A stretch of 64,000 nt of DNA from Syntrophaceae bacterium (GCA_016927935.1 JAFGLS010000119.1:13291-77290), one strand, 5' to 3'. Positions 36,479-46,792 are shown, numbered from the stretch's first letter. The notes: generated by a model not told the origin, from the sequence alone. A program made the numbers and translations.

Positions 36479-37750
36479 ATGAAGTCAATCATCAGGTTAC
36501 TCGTGATTACATGCACGGTATTGCTTATTTTTTCTTTTGCCAAAGCCGAAGAAGGCTCGTGGGAACTCATCAGTTCAAAAAATGGCATCAATACTTATAG
36601 GATGACCTATCCGGGAACAGAAGTATGCTCATTCAAGGGCGTGGGGTTTGTTGACGCCAAAATAGAGGTTATTGGCGAGGTAATGCGCGATATTCCAGCA
36701 TATCCCCAATGGATGGCGAAGATGAAGAGGTCCTCCATGCTCAAAAAAATAAACCGGAATACATATATTCTTTATGCCGAGATGAATACCCCCCTACCTT
36801 ATAAAAACAGAGATTTTGTTATAGAAAACCAGACCAAATACAACTTTAACAACGGTTCTGCTCTTATCACTTTCAGGTCGGCAAAAAATTTCGACTTTCC
36901 CGAAAAGGATTGCTGCTTCAGACTTACCGACTTTGAAGGCGAGTACTATCTTGAATCCTTCGGCAGGGACAAAACACGGGTGACCTATCAGTACCGGTCT
37001 CATCCCGGAGGTAATATTCCTGTAGGCATGGCTAACGAGTTTGAAATCAAACACTATCCGGCTATCACTATTAACGGTCTCCGCAAGATGGTGAAAAAGA
37101 AAAGGTATATTGAGGCTGCTTTGGCTTCACCAGACCATGAGATGATTGAACGCATGCTGGACAACAAAAAAGTTATAGCAACCATATTAAAAAACCGTAT
37201 GGGCGAGTACATAATCGACCCGGAGTTGCTGAACATGTTGTTCGAAATGACGATACCCAAAAGAATTGTGGACAATGTATATGCCACCCGTTCCGACTTT
37301 GCCAGCATCAGGCAGGGAATGATTGATTTGTTCAATATCGTTGGAGATACTGATCTTAGCGGAAAATTAAAGCAGGATGTTGATAGTGTAGCCACCTATC
37401 TGGCGGACAAGAATTTCGACAGTTTTTTCTCCATAAAAAAATTCATGGGTGAAACATGGCTGGTTGATGAAATCGCCAAGAATAAAAGATTAATCAAAGG
37501 ACTTTTCAACATGAAAAGCAAACTTTCCAAAGTGATTTTTGAAAAAGCAACTACATCCGATGCAGCGGTGACTTCGTTTATCAAAAACAGGCAACTTGCC
37601 GAAAGCATTCTCACCAATGCCGACTTGCGAAAAAAGTTATGGGAAGACCAGGTTCTCCGCGACAAACTTGCCCAAAAACTAGGTACGTTTAAAACCATCA
37701 GGGATTTTGAGAACCTTATCGCCCAAAGAGTGAAAAGCTATTCATTATAA
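36479..37750 (+). CDS. Secreted START/Bet v1-like lipid-binding domain protein with a roughly 200-aa helical C-terminal extension
   Basis: Signal peptide MKSIIRLLVITCTVLLIFSFAKA. START-like core reads WELISSKNGINTYRM...VMRDIPAYPQWMAKM...YKNRDFV...GNIP. The ATG at 36479 has GGAG 8 nt upstream. Confidence 0.65.
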   Translation: MKSIIRLLVITCTVLLIFSFAKAEEGSWELISSKNGINTYRMTYPGTEVCSFKGVGFVDAKIEVIGEVMRDIPAYPQWMAKMKRSSMLKKINRNTYILYAEMNTPLPYKNRDFVIENQTKYNFNNGSALITFRSAKNFDFPEKDCCFRLTDFEGEYYLESFGRDKTRVTYQYRSHPGGNIPVGMANEFEIKHYPAITINGLRKMVKKKRYIEAALASPDHEMIERMLDNKKVIATILKNRMGEYIIDPELLNMLFEMTIPKRIVDNVYATRSDFASIRQGMIDLFNIVGDTDLSGKLKQDVDSVATYLADKNFDSFFSIKKFMGETWLVDEIAKNKRLIKGLFNMKSKLSKVIFEKATTSDAAVTSFIKNRQLAESILTNADLRKKLWEDQVLRDKLAQKLGTFKTIRDFENLIAQRVKSYSL

Positions 37751-37940
37751 CCAGCCAACCGGTGACATGAAGAGTATTCAGCAGGATGAAGAATGAGAAC
37801 TATTTTATCTAGTGAATTGTTCAGATAAAAAGTCATCATTAGTATTATGTGCATTTCCTAATATAATCTTTAAGCATTTTTCTTTACTTTTTTTATTCTT
37901 CACCCTAAAGTAAACAAAATTTAATAAAGAGGAGGCGGCC

Positions 37941-39269
37941 ATGCTTGAATCAATAACAAAAATCTTTAAAATCACAGAAAGAAAATCAAGCATCAAAACG
38001 GAGGTTATTGCCGGCTCAACAACTTTCCTGACAATGGCCTATATAATTTTTGTAGAGCCCGCGGTCTTGCAGAATGCCGGCATGGATTTCGGCGCTGTGC
38101 TCACAGCCACCTGCATTGGCGCAGCAATAATCTGCATCCTAATGGGAATAATAGCAAATTACCCCATAGCGGGAGCGCCGTTGATGGGCGAAAATTTCTT
38201 CTTTGTTTTTACTATTGTTATTGCAATGAACTTCTCTTTCCAGGTTGCCCTGGCCGCTGTCTTAATAGAAGGCGTGCTGTTCTTGATACTCACATCCATG
38301 AAACTGCGCGAGATTATTATAGACACCATTCCGCAGTCATTAAAGCATGCTATGGCCATAGCAATAGGTATCTTCATAGCTTTTATCGGTTTAAAATGGG
38401 CAGGGCTTGTTGTGGCCGACCCCGCAACTACCGTAGCGCTTGGAAATTTGAAATCGCCTGCTGTTGTTACATCATTGATAGGATTTCTTGTTACCGCCGC
38501 GCTTCTTGTCAAAAAGGTAAAGGGTTCTTTGCTCTGGGGCATTTTATTCACGACAATTGTAGCACTTCTTACCGGTGTGACAAAATTTGAGGGAATAATG
38601 AGCGCGCCGCCGTCCATTTCGCCGGTATTCATGAAATTTGACTTTTCCCAAATTTTAAATCCGAATTTTATCCTTGTGGTTTTCCTGTTATTATATATGG
38701 AAATATTCGACACCATAGGCACTATAATAGGCGTTGCTGAAGAAGGCGGCTTTATCAAAAACAACAAAATTCCCGGTGCAGGAAAAATACTTTTTGTAGA
38801 CGCATTAGGCACGTCGGTTGGTGCTATACTTGGCACTTCCACAATATCAAGCTATATAGAAAGCAATGCCGGAGTAACGCAGGGAGGAAGGACAGGTTTT
38901 TCCAATATTATAACAGGGCTTTTGTTTTTGCTTGCCCTGTTTTTCTCACCTCTCGTCAAAATGATAGGCGGCGGATATGCCCTGGGAGAAAATAACATCA
39001 TTTATCCCATAGTCGCTCCCGCTCTTATCCTTGTCGGTTTCCTGATGATTAAAAACATTGTAAAATTGGATTTTTCTGATTTATCCGAATCATTACCCGC
39101 TTACCTGACCATAATCGGCATACCGCTCACTTTTAGCATAGCGGACGGTATTGCTTTTGGCATAGTGTCTTACCCGCTGATTAAAGCTTTAACAGGCAAG
39201 GCAAAAGAAGTTTCCATAGTGATGTATATTCTGGCGGGAATTTTCATTTTGAAATATATTTTCTTTTAA
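37941..39269 (+). CDS. NCS2/AzgA-family purine (adenine/guanine/hypoxanthine) permease
   Basis: 442 aa. The N-terminus FKITERKSSIKTEVIAGSTTFLTMAYIIFV.P is highly characteristic of AzgA-like permeases. About 12-13 TM helices. Confidence 0.85.
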   Translation: MLESITKIFKITERKSSIKTEVIAGSTTFLTMAYIIFVEPAVLQNAGMDFGAVLTATCIGAAIICILMGIIANYPIAGAPLMGENFFFVFTIVIAMNFSFQVALAAVLIEGVLFLILTSMKLREIIIDTIPQSLKHAMAIAIGIFIAFIGLKWAGLVVADPATTVALGNLKSPAVVTSLIGFLVTAALLVKKVKGSLLWGILFTTIVALLTGVTKFEGIMSAPPSISPVFMKFDFSQILNPNFILVVFLLLYMEIFDTIGTIIGVAEEGGFIKNNKIPGAGKILFVDALGTSVGAILGTSTISSYIESNAGVTQGGRTGFSNIITGLLFLLALFFSPLVKMIGGGYALGENNIIYPIVAPALILVGFLMIKNIVKLDFSDLSESLPAYLTIIGIPLTFSIADGIAFGIVSYPLIKALTGKAKEVSIVMYILAGIFILKYIFF

Positions 39270-39456
39270 ATACAGACGCGGACTTTATTCCCTTGATTTT
39301 TTTAGCTTCCTTTTCTTAAAAAGAGCATGTGGAGAATTTATTTCGTAGAGCAATTCTTCATATAATTATCATTTTTCTTATTTATGATTTCATGCTATAT
39401 TATAACAATAAAGGTTGAAAAAGAGCACAATTATAACATAACAAAAGGAGTATACT

Positions 39457-39636
39457 ATGGGATTGATAGAATTTGAACATTTTGTTGTCAGTGCGATTGT
39501 TTTATTTCTTTTGATTATTGTGTTAGTATTACAAATTCAAGTAAGAAGGAATACCAAGGACATAGAGAAAGGAGAGATCGAAATCCGTAAAATTGTAGAA
39601 GAAGTATTAAAGAAATTAATTAAACAAAAAATGTAA
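39457..39636 (+). CDS. Small single-TM protein (59 aa)
   Basis: Absent from the ORF track. MGLIEFEHFVVSAIVLFLLIIVLVLQIQVRRNTKD..., with RBS AAAGGAG 7 nt upstream. Confidence 0.45.
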   Translation: MGLIEFEHFVVSAIVLFLLIIVLVLQIQVRRNTKDIEKGEIEIRKIVEEVLKKLIKQKM

Positions 39637-39809
39637 ATCAATAAATTTTGATTCTCCACATCCTTGAATGACTTCACGAATATCTGTTTTCGTGTTCCTA
39701 ATAACGTATAATACAAGTCTCATCTTTATTAAAACTTTTCCATTAATCTGCAATTTTGACGAATCTGAAAAACTGAAGATAAGCATGTAAGCTTCACAAT
39801 AAACTTTTT

Positions 39810-41339
39810 TTATATGAGTTTTTCCAGAAGATTTATGTAGCCCGACATCTGACGGAAGATCAGGTAATAATCATACACTCTTCGCTGACCGTTGCGGCCC
39901 ATTTTATAGCGGCGCAGGGAATTATTGAGAAGTAAACCCAGTTTATCCGCAATTTCGGCCGGGTTTTCCGGATCTGAGATAAGAACCCCGTCAATCCCGT
40001 CACGTATCTGTCGCCTTATTCCACACGCAGTCGTACCAAGAACCGCCTTGCGTTTCCACATCGCTTCGGTTACTGTAAGACCGAACCCTTCCTGCAGAGA
40101 GTTCTGCACAATGATACTGGCACATCTCTGCATCGCATTGACAATCAAGGAATTCTCTTTGTGAGATTTCATGGGAAGAAAGACAATCGCGACATCGTTT
40201 CGCAGTTTTGGGTCAAGGGCAGCGTATCGCTGTTGTATCTGCCGGAGAACATCCATGCCTTCCGGATCATCCGCAACAGCACCCGGATCCGGACCGGCCA
40301 AAATAAGACGCGCGAGCTCCAACCGCTTCTTTTTACGTTGAATCTTGTTTTCATTATTACTCACAAAAGCGCTGCTCTTAAGACGAACAAATCCTTCAAG
40401 AAGAGAGTTCCAGCCTTTGAGACGATCCCATCGTGAAACCTGCAGCACAATAGGCCGGAACAATAGTCCCAGACTATTGGGAACGACATATGAACCGTTC
40501 TCCGTAAGCATTGCCACACGGTGCTTAAAGTTAGGCGTGACTATGGGTTCATACTGGGTCTGAAGACCGCTATTGCATAGAATGCCGGTAAGTTTGGTGA
40601 CCGAAAGCTCCTGATTTTTGTGCGACAGTGGGTCGATTGCCGGACAGATTATGGTCGATCTGTCTGCACAATAATCAGGAATATACTCCGGCGCTGAAAA
40701 AATCGTATGACGGTATTCGTCCAAATACGGTTTGAGAAAACGCCAGGCTGTTTTTGTTGCCTCCATGTGCCGATCCAATCCGATATGACACCGCCACACT
40801 GCTGTAATTCCCATCTCTCGCGACAGGATCTGACCCAAAGGTAATGGCTGCGGGTCGTGAACAATTAAGATATCTTCCGGTTTCAGTTCTTTTTTAAAAG
40901 AAGCGACGTTTTCAAAATTAACAGCTTCATATAACCTGGCATCTTCCGCACCCAACTCTGTGCCTGATGCGGTATCACCGTGGATAAGATTGTGAATACG
41001 CTTGGTAAAACTGAAAAATTCCTGCCTGTCCGATCGAATCACCGCCCATCTGAATCTGATACCAAGATTGTTCATCAGGGCGATCAGGCTGGGCAACATC
41101 TCGGCTACACCTCCGCCGCTGGCGGTGGAGTTAACCATCCATATTGTCCTTCCTCGCAGACTGGCGACAATACTTTTAGCTTTATTTCTAAGCTCAGCAA
41201 CCGGTGTGGAAAAAATCGGGTCAGTTGCGTAATAGTCAAGAGAGTACTTTGTTGTCGCCTGAGGCAATATATCTATCATATTGTTCTCACAAATAAATGC
41301 TTTTTCCCGCTTTCTCTCTGCTCTGTCGTTCTTTTTCAA
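39810..41339 (-). CDS. GT4-family glycosyltransferase, trehalose synthase (TreT)-like
   Basis: The N-terminal domain has VNSTASGGGVAEML, characteristic of TreT-like enzymes. The C-terminal domain has a GT-B EX7E-type region (SLQEGFGLTVTEAMW). The start is uncertain (TTG 41339 or ATG 41279; neither has a good RBS). Confidence 0.65.
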   Translation of the reverse strand: MKKNDRAERKREKAFICENNMIDILPQATTKYSLDYYATDPIFSTPVAELRNKAKSIVASLRGRTIWMVNSTASGGGVAEMLPSLIALMNNLGIRFRWAVIRSDRQEFFSFTKRIHNLIHGDTASGTELGAEDARLYEAVNFENVASFKKELKPEDILIVHDPQPLPLGQILSREMGITAVWRCHIGLDRHMEATKTAWRFLKPYLDEYRHTIFSAPEYIPDYCADRSTIICPAIDPLSHKNQELSVTKLTGILCNSGLQTQYEPIVTPNFKHRVAMLTENGSYVVPNSLGLLFRPIVLQVSRWDRLKGWNSLLEGFVRLKSSAFVSNNENKIQRKKKRLELARLILAGPDPGAVADDPEGMDVLRQIQQRYAALDPKLRNDVAIVFLPMKSHKENSLIVNAMQRCASIIVQNSLQEGFGLTVTEAMWKRKAVLGTTACGIRRQIRDGIDGVLISDPENPAEIADKLGLLLNNSLRRYKMGRNGQRRVYDYYLIFRQMSGYINLLEKLI

Positions 41340-41533
41340 ATTCTAAAATTTTATTTTATTATTTCACAATCCACAATTCCAGCAATAATAAAATGCTGTG
41401 GATAAGTAGATGTTAATAATAACGAGACAAAACTTGATGGGACGCTCTCTGTCAAGCCAGGTATAAATCAAGATAGTTATGTCCTGCTTTATAAGAACAA
41501 TATCCTTTAGCCAAACTATCTGAAATTATCCGG

Positions 41534-42067
41534 TTAATCGCCTTTAAATTTAGTAAGGGTAAAAACCTTATAGCCCTTGGAAACAAGTTTCTTTATTCCT
41601 CCTACATCAGGTAGATCAACAATAAAGCATAGCTCAACCACCGTAGCGCCCAGCTTTTCTATTAGAGCGGCAGCGGCAAGCGCAGTTCCTCCTGTTGCCA
41701 GAAGATCATCAACAATAAGGACTCTTGAGCCTTTTACTATTGCATCTTTGTGTATCTCGATAATATCAGTTCCGTATTCAAGAATATATTCCTGGGTAAC
41801 CTTTTCCGCAGGAAGCTTGCCCTTTTTTCTTATCGGCACAAAACCTTTTCCCAGCGTGTAAGCAAGCGCACCTCCGATTATGAATCCTCTCGATTCTATG
41901 CCCACTATTATGTCGAAAACTATATTTCCCTTTATATATCTCTGTGTGAGACTGTCTATGACAAGCCTGAAACCAACGGGATCCTTGATAAGCGTTGTTA
42001 TATCTCTGAACATAATCCCCTTTTTGGGATAATCCGGTATGGTCCTTATTTTTGATTTTATCGGCAT
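41534..42067 (-). CDS. apt: Adenine phosphoribosyltransferase
   Basis: 177 aa with the N-terminus IRTIPDYPKKGIMFRDITTL and the PRPP motif VLIVDDLLATGGT. Confidence 0.93.
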   Translation of the reverse strand: MPIKSKIRTIPDYPKKGIMFRDITTLIKDPVGFRLVIDSLTQRYIKGNIVFDIIVGIESRGFIIGGALAYTLGKGFVPIRKKGKLPAEKVTQEYILEYGTDIIEIHKDAIVKGSRVLIVDDLLATGGTALAAAALIEKLGATVVELCFIVDLPDVGGIKKLVSKGYKVFTLTKFKGD

Positions 42068-42077
42068 AAGTTACCTC

Positions 42078-42842
42078 CTATCCTCTGCATTCGCAGTCGA
42101 TATAATTAATCTTTGTGATTGTTTTCATGAGAAGCTTTTTCACATTCTCTGCATTCTGGTTCATTATCTGCACTATCATATCCCAGGTTACGGGCTTCTC
42201 CTCTTCTTTCCAACAATCATAATCGGTGGACATCGCTATTGTCTGATAGCAGATTCCCAGTTCCCGGGCAAGTATCACCTCCGGCACCGTAGACATGTTT
42301 ATCACATCGGCTCCAAAACCCCTGAACATGTGGGATTCCGCCTTCGTCGAAAAACGAGGACCTTCTATCGTAACAACCGTTCCTTTTTTATGATGTCTCA
42401 GTTTTAATTCCCGCGCCGAATCTGCAAGCCGCTCCCTTAATTTTTTGCAGAACGGCTCACTCATTGGCGTATGAATCACTTTCTTATCGTGGAATGTGAG
42501 AGTTCTTTGTTTTGTGTTATCAATAAACTGGTCTATAAATACGAGATCGCCAGGCCTGATATTTTCTCTGAGCGAACCCACTGCTGTGGTGGCAAGTATG
42601 TGCGTGCACTTCTCTTTTTTAAGCGAATATATGTTTGCCCTGTAATTTACTCCTGTAGGATATATTGAATGTTTTTTCCCGTGTCTGGCCATAATAACGG
42701 TATCAACACCGTTTATATTTCCTGTCGTGAGTTTTGATGAAGGCATACCGTATGGAGTTTTAACCGTCTTTTCCTTTACATTTTCCATGAGTCTTGGGTC
42801 ATCAAGCCCCGAACCGCCAATTATTCCTACTTTTATATGCAT
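42078..42842 (-). CDS. mtnP: S-methyl-5'-thioadenosine phosphorylase
   Basis: 254 aa of the PNP/MTAP family: IGIIGGSG, ARHG..H, NYRANI, and GADVINMSTVPE with a typical MTAP C-terminal part. Confidence 0.88.
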   Translation of the reverse strand: MHIKVGIIGGSGLDDPRLMENVKEKTVKTPYGMPSSKLTTGNINGVDTVIMARHGKKHSIYPTGVNYRANIYSLKKEKCTHILATTAVGSLRENIRPGDLVFIDQFIDNTKQRTLTFHDKKVIHTPMSEPFCKKLRERLADSARELKLRHHKKGTVVTIEGPRFSTKAESHMFRGFGADVINMSTVPEVILARELGICYQTIAMSTDYDCWKEEEKPVTWDMIVQIMNQNAENVKKLLMKTITKINYIDCECRG

Positions 42843-42884
42843 GAATTTATCTCCTTTTTTTCTTAAATTAAAATGACAGAAAAC

Positions 42885-43970
42885 CTACTTTAACTTAGCA
42901 ACATCTATAATAGCTTCGGCAATCTCCCTGGGTTTAGCTTCTTCAATAAAGTGTCCCACGTTTTCAAATACCTGAACATGCCCCTGTAACTGCGGAAGAT
43001 TATCCGTCCACTGTTTTATTACTTCATCCTTGCCGAGCGGATCCCATCTGCCCAAAACGGCTCGCACACCGATATTCCGGCCAACCGGTCCCCAGAGTTT
43101 CTTGATATTATCCTGCATGAACCGGTAAAAGGGAGTTGTATCCTGCTGTCCCAGGCTGGGCTCGGGGAAAGTGTTGCCCTTACCCCACCTGCCTGATTGA
43201 CGGACAAAACGTCTTGAACTTAATCTGTTAGATTTGGAATTGAATTGATCGCGGAAAAACTTTTTAGCGACTTTTTCTTCTCCCGTAAAAATACCGAATA
43301 CCGCCATTGCTATGTAAATAATCATCTGGGATATTATCATGAACGGATTCGCCGGCGTCCGGTATATGGCATACGAGGAATAGTGCCCCCAGAATATTCT
43401 GGGCATTAAAAGAGGCACCTTTGACCATCCAATCCATTTAACGGGATAAGTATTATAAGTAATGCCGGTTTCAGGCATCGGAAATATCGTAGTATTGGTC
43501 AAAACGAGATTCGATACTCGCTCAGGTTCTTTCAGGAATGCACCCACGCCGATCGGTCCTCCCCAGTCATGTACCACCATAGTAACATTTTTCAGATCCA
43601 GATACCTGACCAGCTGAAGCAAATTCTCCGCATGGTTCATACACTCCAAATGATAAGTTGACTGATCGGAAAGGCCAAAGCCAACATGATCCATGGCGAT
43701 TATTCTAAAAGGCTTTTTTGCAGCCGTGATTATCTCTTTTATAACTTTCCTGTATATGTATGATGACTCAGGGTTGCCATGAACAAAAACTATGGTATTT
43801 TCCGGCTTTCCCTCCCCATGAGAGCTGTCCCTGTAAAAGAGCTTTTTCCCGGCATCTTTCCCTTCCGGAATTTTAAACCAGAAACCGCACCCTGTCGGAT
43901 AATAATCCGCTGGTATGTCTCTGACGGGGCTGTTGCCCGGTATGGTTTCAATTCTTTTGTCATTAGCCAT
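42885..43970 (-). CDS. Alpha/beta hydrolase with haloalkane-dehalogenase-like motifs and a large hydrophobic cap insertion
   Basis: VFVHGNPESSYIYRKV (HGNPxSSYxxR), a nucleophile elbow HDWGG with Asp, and a C-terminal GHF.EE. The insertion of about 120 aa includes FMIISQMIIYIAMAVFGIF. Confidence 0.7.
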   Translation of the reverse strand: MANDKRIETIPGNSPVRDIPADYYPTGCGFWFKIPEGKDAGKKLFYRDSSHGEGKPENTIVFVHGNPESSYIYRKVIKEIITAAKKPFRIIAMDHVGFGLSDQSTYHLECMNHAENLLQLVRYLDLKNVTMVVHDWGGPIGVGAFLKEPERVSNLVLTNTTIFPMPETGITYNTYPVKWIGWSKVPLLMPRIFWGHYSSYAIYRTPANPFMIISQMIIYIAMAVFGIFTGEEKVAKKFFRDQFNSKSNRLSSRRFVRQSGRWGKGNTFPEPSLGQQDTTPFYRFMQDNIKKLWGPVGRNIGVRAVLGRWDPLGKDEVIKQWTDNLPQLQGHVQVFENVGHFIEEAKPREIAEAIIDVAKLK

Positions 43971-44166
43971 GTGATTCCCTCCATTCCTGTTCCGGTAATT
44001 TGATTACTGAGTTAACCGCACGTGCTACTGAGCCGGACTTTATCTTATCAAACGCTATGTACTTTGCTCCCATTTTCTCCACTATCTGCTCCATCATGCG
44101 TAAACCGCCGGTTACTGCAGACTCAATATCAACGACAATGGAATGCAACCGACTTTCACTCCGCAT
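43963..44166 (-). CDS. Small hypothetical protein
   Basis: 67-aa ORF overlapping the downstream hydrolase start by 8 nt, which suggests coupling. I recognise no family. See the rejected note on the in-frame TAA upstream. Confidence 0.35.
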   Translation of the reverse strand: MRSESRLHSIVVDIESAVTGGLRMMEQIVEKMGAKYIAFDKIKSGSVARAVNSVIKLPEQEWRESHG

Positions 44167-44282
44167 CGTTTACGCCAAATTCATCGCCACCATCATGGAA
44201 AACACATCGGGAGTTAAAACGCCCACTTGATAAAAAATTGTTTCCTATTGTTAAAATTTTACGGCTATTTTTTTGTGTCAAT

Positions 44283-45455
44283 TTATATTTTCCCCACCTC
44301 CTTTTTTAAAATCTTGGCCATATCAGTTTTTTCCCATGTAAATTCCGGCTCTTTCCTGCCGAAATGCCCGTTGGCAGCTGTTTTTCTGTATATAGGCCTC
44401 AACAAACGGAGATGATCTATAATTCCCCTCGGCGTAAGAGGAAATTCCTTGCGCACAACTCCTTCCAACTTATTGTCGGGCACTTTTCCTGTTCCCTTAG
44501 TATTAACCATAACCGAAACCGGATCGGCAACACCTATGCAGTATGCCAGCTGTATGGTGCACTCATCGGCCAGGCCGGCCGCGACAATATTTTTCGCTAT
44601 ATATCTTGCCATATATGACGCAGACCTGTCCACTTTTGTCGGGTCTTTGCCGGAAAACGCACCTCCTCCGTGTGCCGCCCAACCGCCGTACGTATCCACT
44701 ATTATTTTCCTGCCGGTCATGCCTGTATCCGATTGGGGACCTCCAATGACAAACTTGCCTGTCGCATTCACGAAATATTTAGTATTCTTATCTAAGAATT
44801 TTTTGCCGATTACCGGTTTTACTACTTTTTCTATTATTTCCTGTTTCGCTTCTTCCTTCATATTTTTGCCGGTCTTATCCAGTACTTCCTTTGTATGTTG
44901 AGCCGCAATAATTACCGAACTAACATAAGCCGGTTTGCCGTTTCTGTATTCGACTGAAACCTGTGATTTGCCATCGGGTCCCAGGTATGGAATGATTTTT
45001 TTCCTCCGTACTTCCGACAATTTTTTAACGAGGTTATGCGCCAGCATTATCGGCAGCGGCATCAATTCCGGCGTTTCGTTGCACGCGTAACCTATCATAA
45101 GCCCCTGGTCTCCGGCTCCGCCAATATCCACGCCTTGCGAAATGTCTAGTGACTGCGGATGAATAGAGTTCAATATGGCGCATGTTTCATAGTCAAACCC
45201 GTATTCGGGAGAGGTATAACCGATATTCTTTATCACGTCGCGGACAAGCGGATCCACATCCACAAAGCCCTTGGTCGTAATTTCCCCTCCCACGATAACC
45301 AGCCCCATGGAAATAAAAGTTTCGCAGGCAACTCTCCCCCTCATATCCTGTTTTAATACCTCATCCAGTACGGCATCGGATATCTGATCACATACTTTAT
45401 CCGGATGTCCTTCCGTAACCGATTCTGAACTGAAATAAAATTTTTTCTTTTCCAT
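44283..45455 (-). CDS. metK: S-adenosylmethionine synthetase
   Basis: 390 aa with [31 protein letters not shown] and [17 protein letters not shown]. Confidence 0.97.
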   Translation of the reverse strand: MEKKKFYFSSESVTEGHPDKVCDQISDAVLDEVLKQDMRGRVACETFISMGLVIVGGEITTKGFVDVDPLVRDVIKNIGYTSPEYGFDYETCAILNSIHPQSLDISQGVDIGGAGDQGLMIGYACNETPELMPLPIMLAHNLVKKLSEVRRKKIIPYLGPDGKSQVSVEYRNGKPAYVSSVIIAAQHTKEVLDKTGKNMKEEAKQEIIEKVVKPVIGKKFLDKNTKYFVNATGKFVIGGPQSDTGMTGRKIIVDTYGGWAAHGGGAFSGKDPTKVDRSASYMARYIAKNIVAAGLADECTIQLAYCIGVADPVSVMVNTKGTGKVPDNKLEGVVRKEFPLTPRGIIDHLRLLRPIYRKTAANGHFGRKEPEFTWEKTDMAKILKKEVGKI

Positions 45456-45538
45456 TTTTATTCTCCTATTTAAAATATTAATAAAATTTTACACAGATTC
45501 GTACTGTTAAAAGGTGTCTTGACGATAAAATATTTATT

Positions 45539-46618
45539 TTATACCTTTTTAACCTTGCTTAAAATCTGCGTAACACCATCGTAACTTGCCGGATAAATTC
45601 CCATCTCAGTTATTATACCGGTAATATATTTCGCCGGAGTAACATCAAATCCGATGTTTAAGGCGTGGCTGCCTTCCGGAGAAATTCTCACCCGTGAAAT
45701 TGCACCTGCGTCATCCTTGCCTTGAACATACAGGATCTCATTCTCATCTCTTTCTTCTATCGGGATATTATCTCCCGAAGGGCAATTCGCATCTATTGTT
45801 GATACAGGCGCCGCCACATAAAAAGGAATATTATTATCGTGCGCCACAACTGCCGAGGAATAAGTGCCTATTTTATTTGCAATGTCACCGTTGCGGGCGA
45901 TTCTGTCCGCCCCCACAAAAACGATGTCAATTTTTTTCTGATACATGAGGGCGCCGGTGACGTTATCAGCGATTATCAGATGAGGAATGTTTTCGTTTAC
46001 AAGTTCCCACGCGGTAAGATTAGCCCCCTGACACCTCGGTCGGGTTTCATCTACATAAACGAAAAGATTTTTATTTTGTTCTTTCACCGCATAATAAACA
46101 GGGGAAAGGGCACTTCCCCAATCAACAAAGGCAAGCCATCCGGCATTACAATGAGTCGAGACTTTTGCATTGTCCTTAATAAGGCCTGCACCGAACTCAC
46201 CAATCTTTTTGCAGGCCGATGCGTCCATATCGGCATAAAGATTTGCCCGCCTGACGGCAGTTTCCCGTGCGAGGGAGACTTTCGATTCTTTTTTTAAGGC
46301 ATTTAAGACAAAATCTATGCCCGTAAAAAGGTTTTGCGCGGTCGGCCTGGTTTTTCTTAATTGTGTGGCGGCATCAGTTAAGTTGTCAAAGAAATCCTTA
46401 TCATTTGATAACATCGCTGCCTGAGCTATTCCAAATGCGCCTGCCGCCCCTATCGCACCGGCTCCCCGTATTGTCATGTTATTTATGGCGAGTTTTAATT
46501 CTTGTAATTTTTTAACATCAACGATTTCAAATTTATGAGGAAGGAGCATCTGATTTATTAGACGGATAATGGTTTTATCCATCCATATGGTTCTGTATTG
46601 TTTGTCTTTTACTCTCAA
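45539..46618 (-). CDS. mtnA: S-methyl-5-thioribose-1-phosphate isomerase (eIF-2B alpha/beta/delta family)
   Basis: 359 aa with LINQMLLPHKF, IRGAGAIG, THCNAG, VDETRP..QG and GADRIA.NGD.ANKIGTY. The TTG start at 46618 has AGGAG 6 nt upstream. Confidence 0.9.
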   Translation of the reverse strand: MRVKDKQYRTIWMDKTIIRLINQMLLPHKFEIVDVKKLQELKLAINNMTIRGAGAIGAAGAFGIAQAAMLSNDKDFFDNLTDAATQLRKTRPTAQNLFTGIDFVLNALKKESKVSLARETAVRRANLYADMDASACKKIGEFGAGLIKDNAKVSTHCNAGWLAFVDWGSALSPVYYAVKEQNKNLFVYVDETRPRCQGANLTAWELVNENIPHLIIADNVTGALMYQKKIDIVFVGADRIARNGDIANKIGTYSSAVVAHDNNIPFYVAAPVSTIDANCPSGDNIPIEERDENEILYVQGKDDAGAISRVRISPEGSHALNIGFDVTPAKYITGIITEMGIYPASYDGVTQILSKVKKV

Positions 46619-46688
46619 ACTACGCTCCTTTATAAAAAATTACTTTCTGAAAATGGGAATACAGGATGATTCAGTTTTAATCTTTTTC

Positions 46689-46784
46689 AAAAAAAAAGCC
46701 CGCGCTAAAGAGCATCGGACTTATCATAAACCGGCCTTTAGCACATTTGTAAGGCGGAGCAAGCAACCGCTGCAACTCGCCGCC
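46689..46784 (-). promoter_or_regulatory. Leader element copy B (proximal): imperfect hairpin, then a 9-bp stem terminator-like hairpin and a U-run. Riboswitch/attenuator candidate.
   Basis: The minus strand reads GGCGGCGAGTTGCAGCGGTTGCTTGCTCCGCC-TTACAAAT-GTGCTAAAG...CTTTAGCGC-GGGCTTTTTTTTT. It lies 70 nt upstream of the mtnA start. Confidence 0.55.
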
Positions 46785-46792
46785 ATAATTTT

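Noticed and set aside
44167-44226. An 18-codon GTG-initiated frame (VGVLTPDVFSMMVAMNLA) in the same frame as ORF 43963..44166, separated from it only by a TAA at 44170..44172. This could indicate a pseudogene or read-through.
   Set aside because: It is too short to judge, the joined product matches no family I recognise, and one in-frame stop upstream of an ATG is expected by chance.
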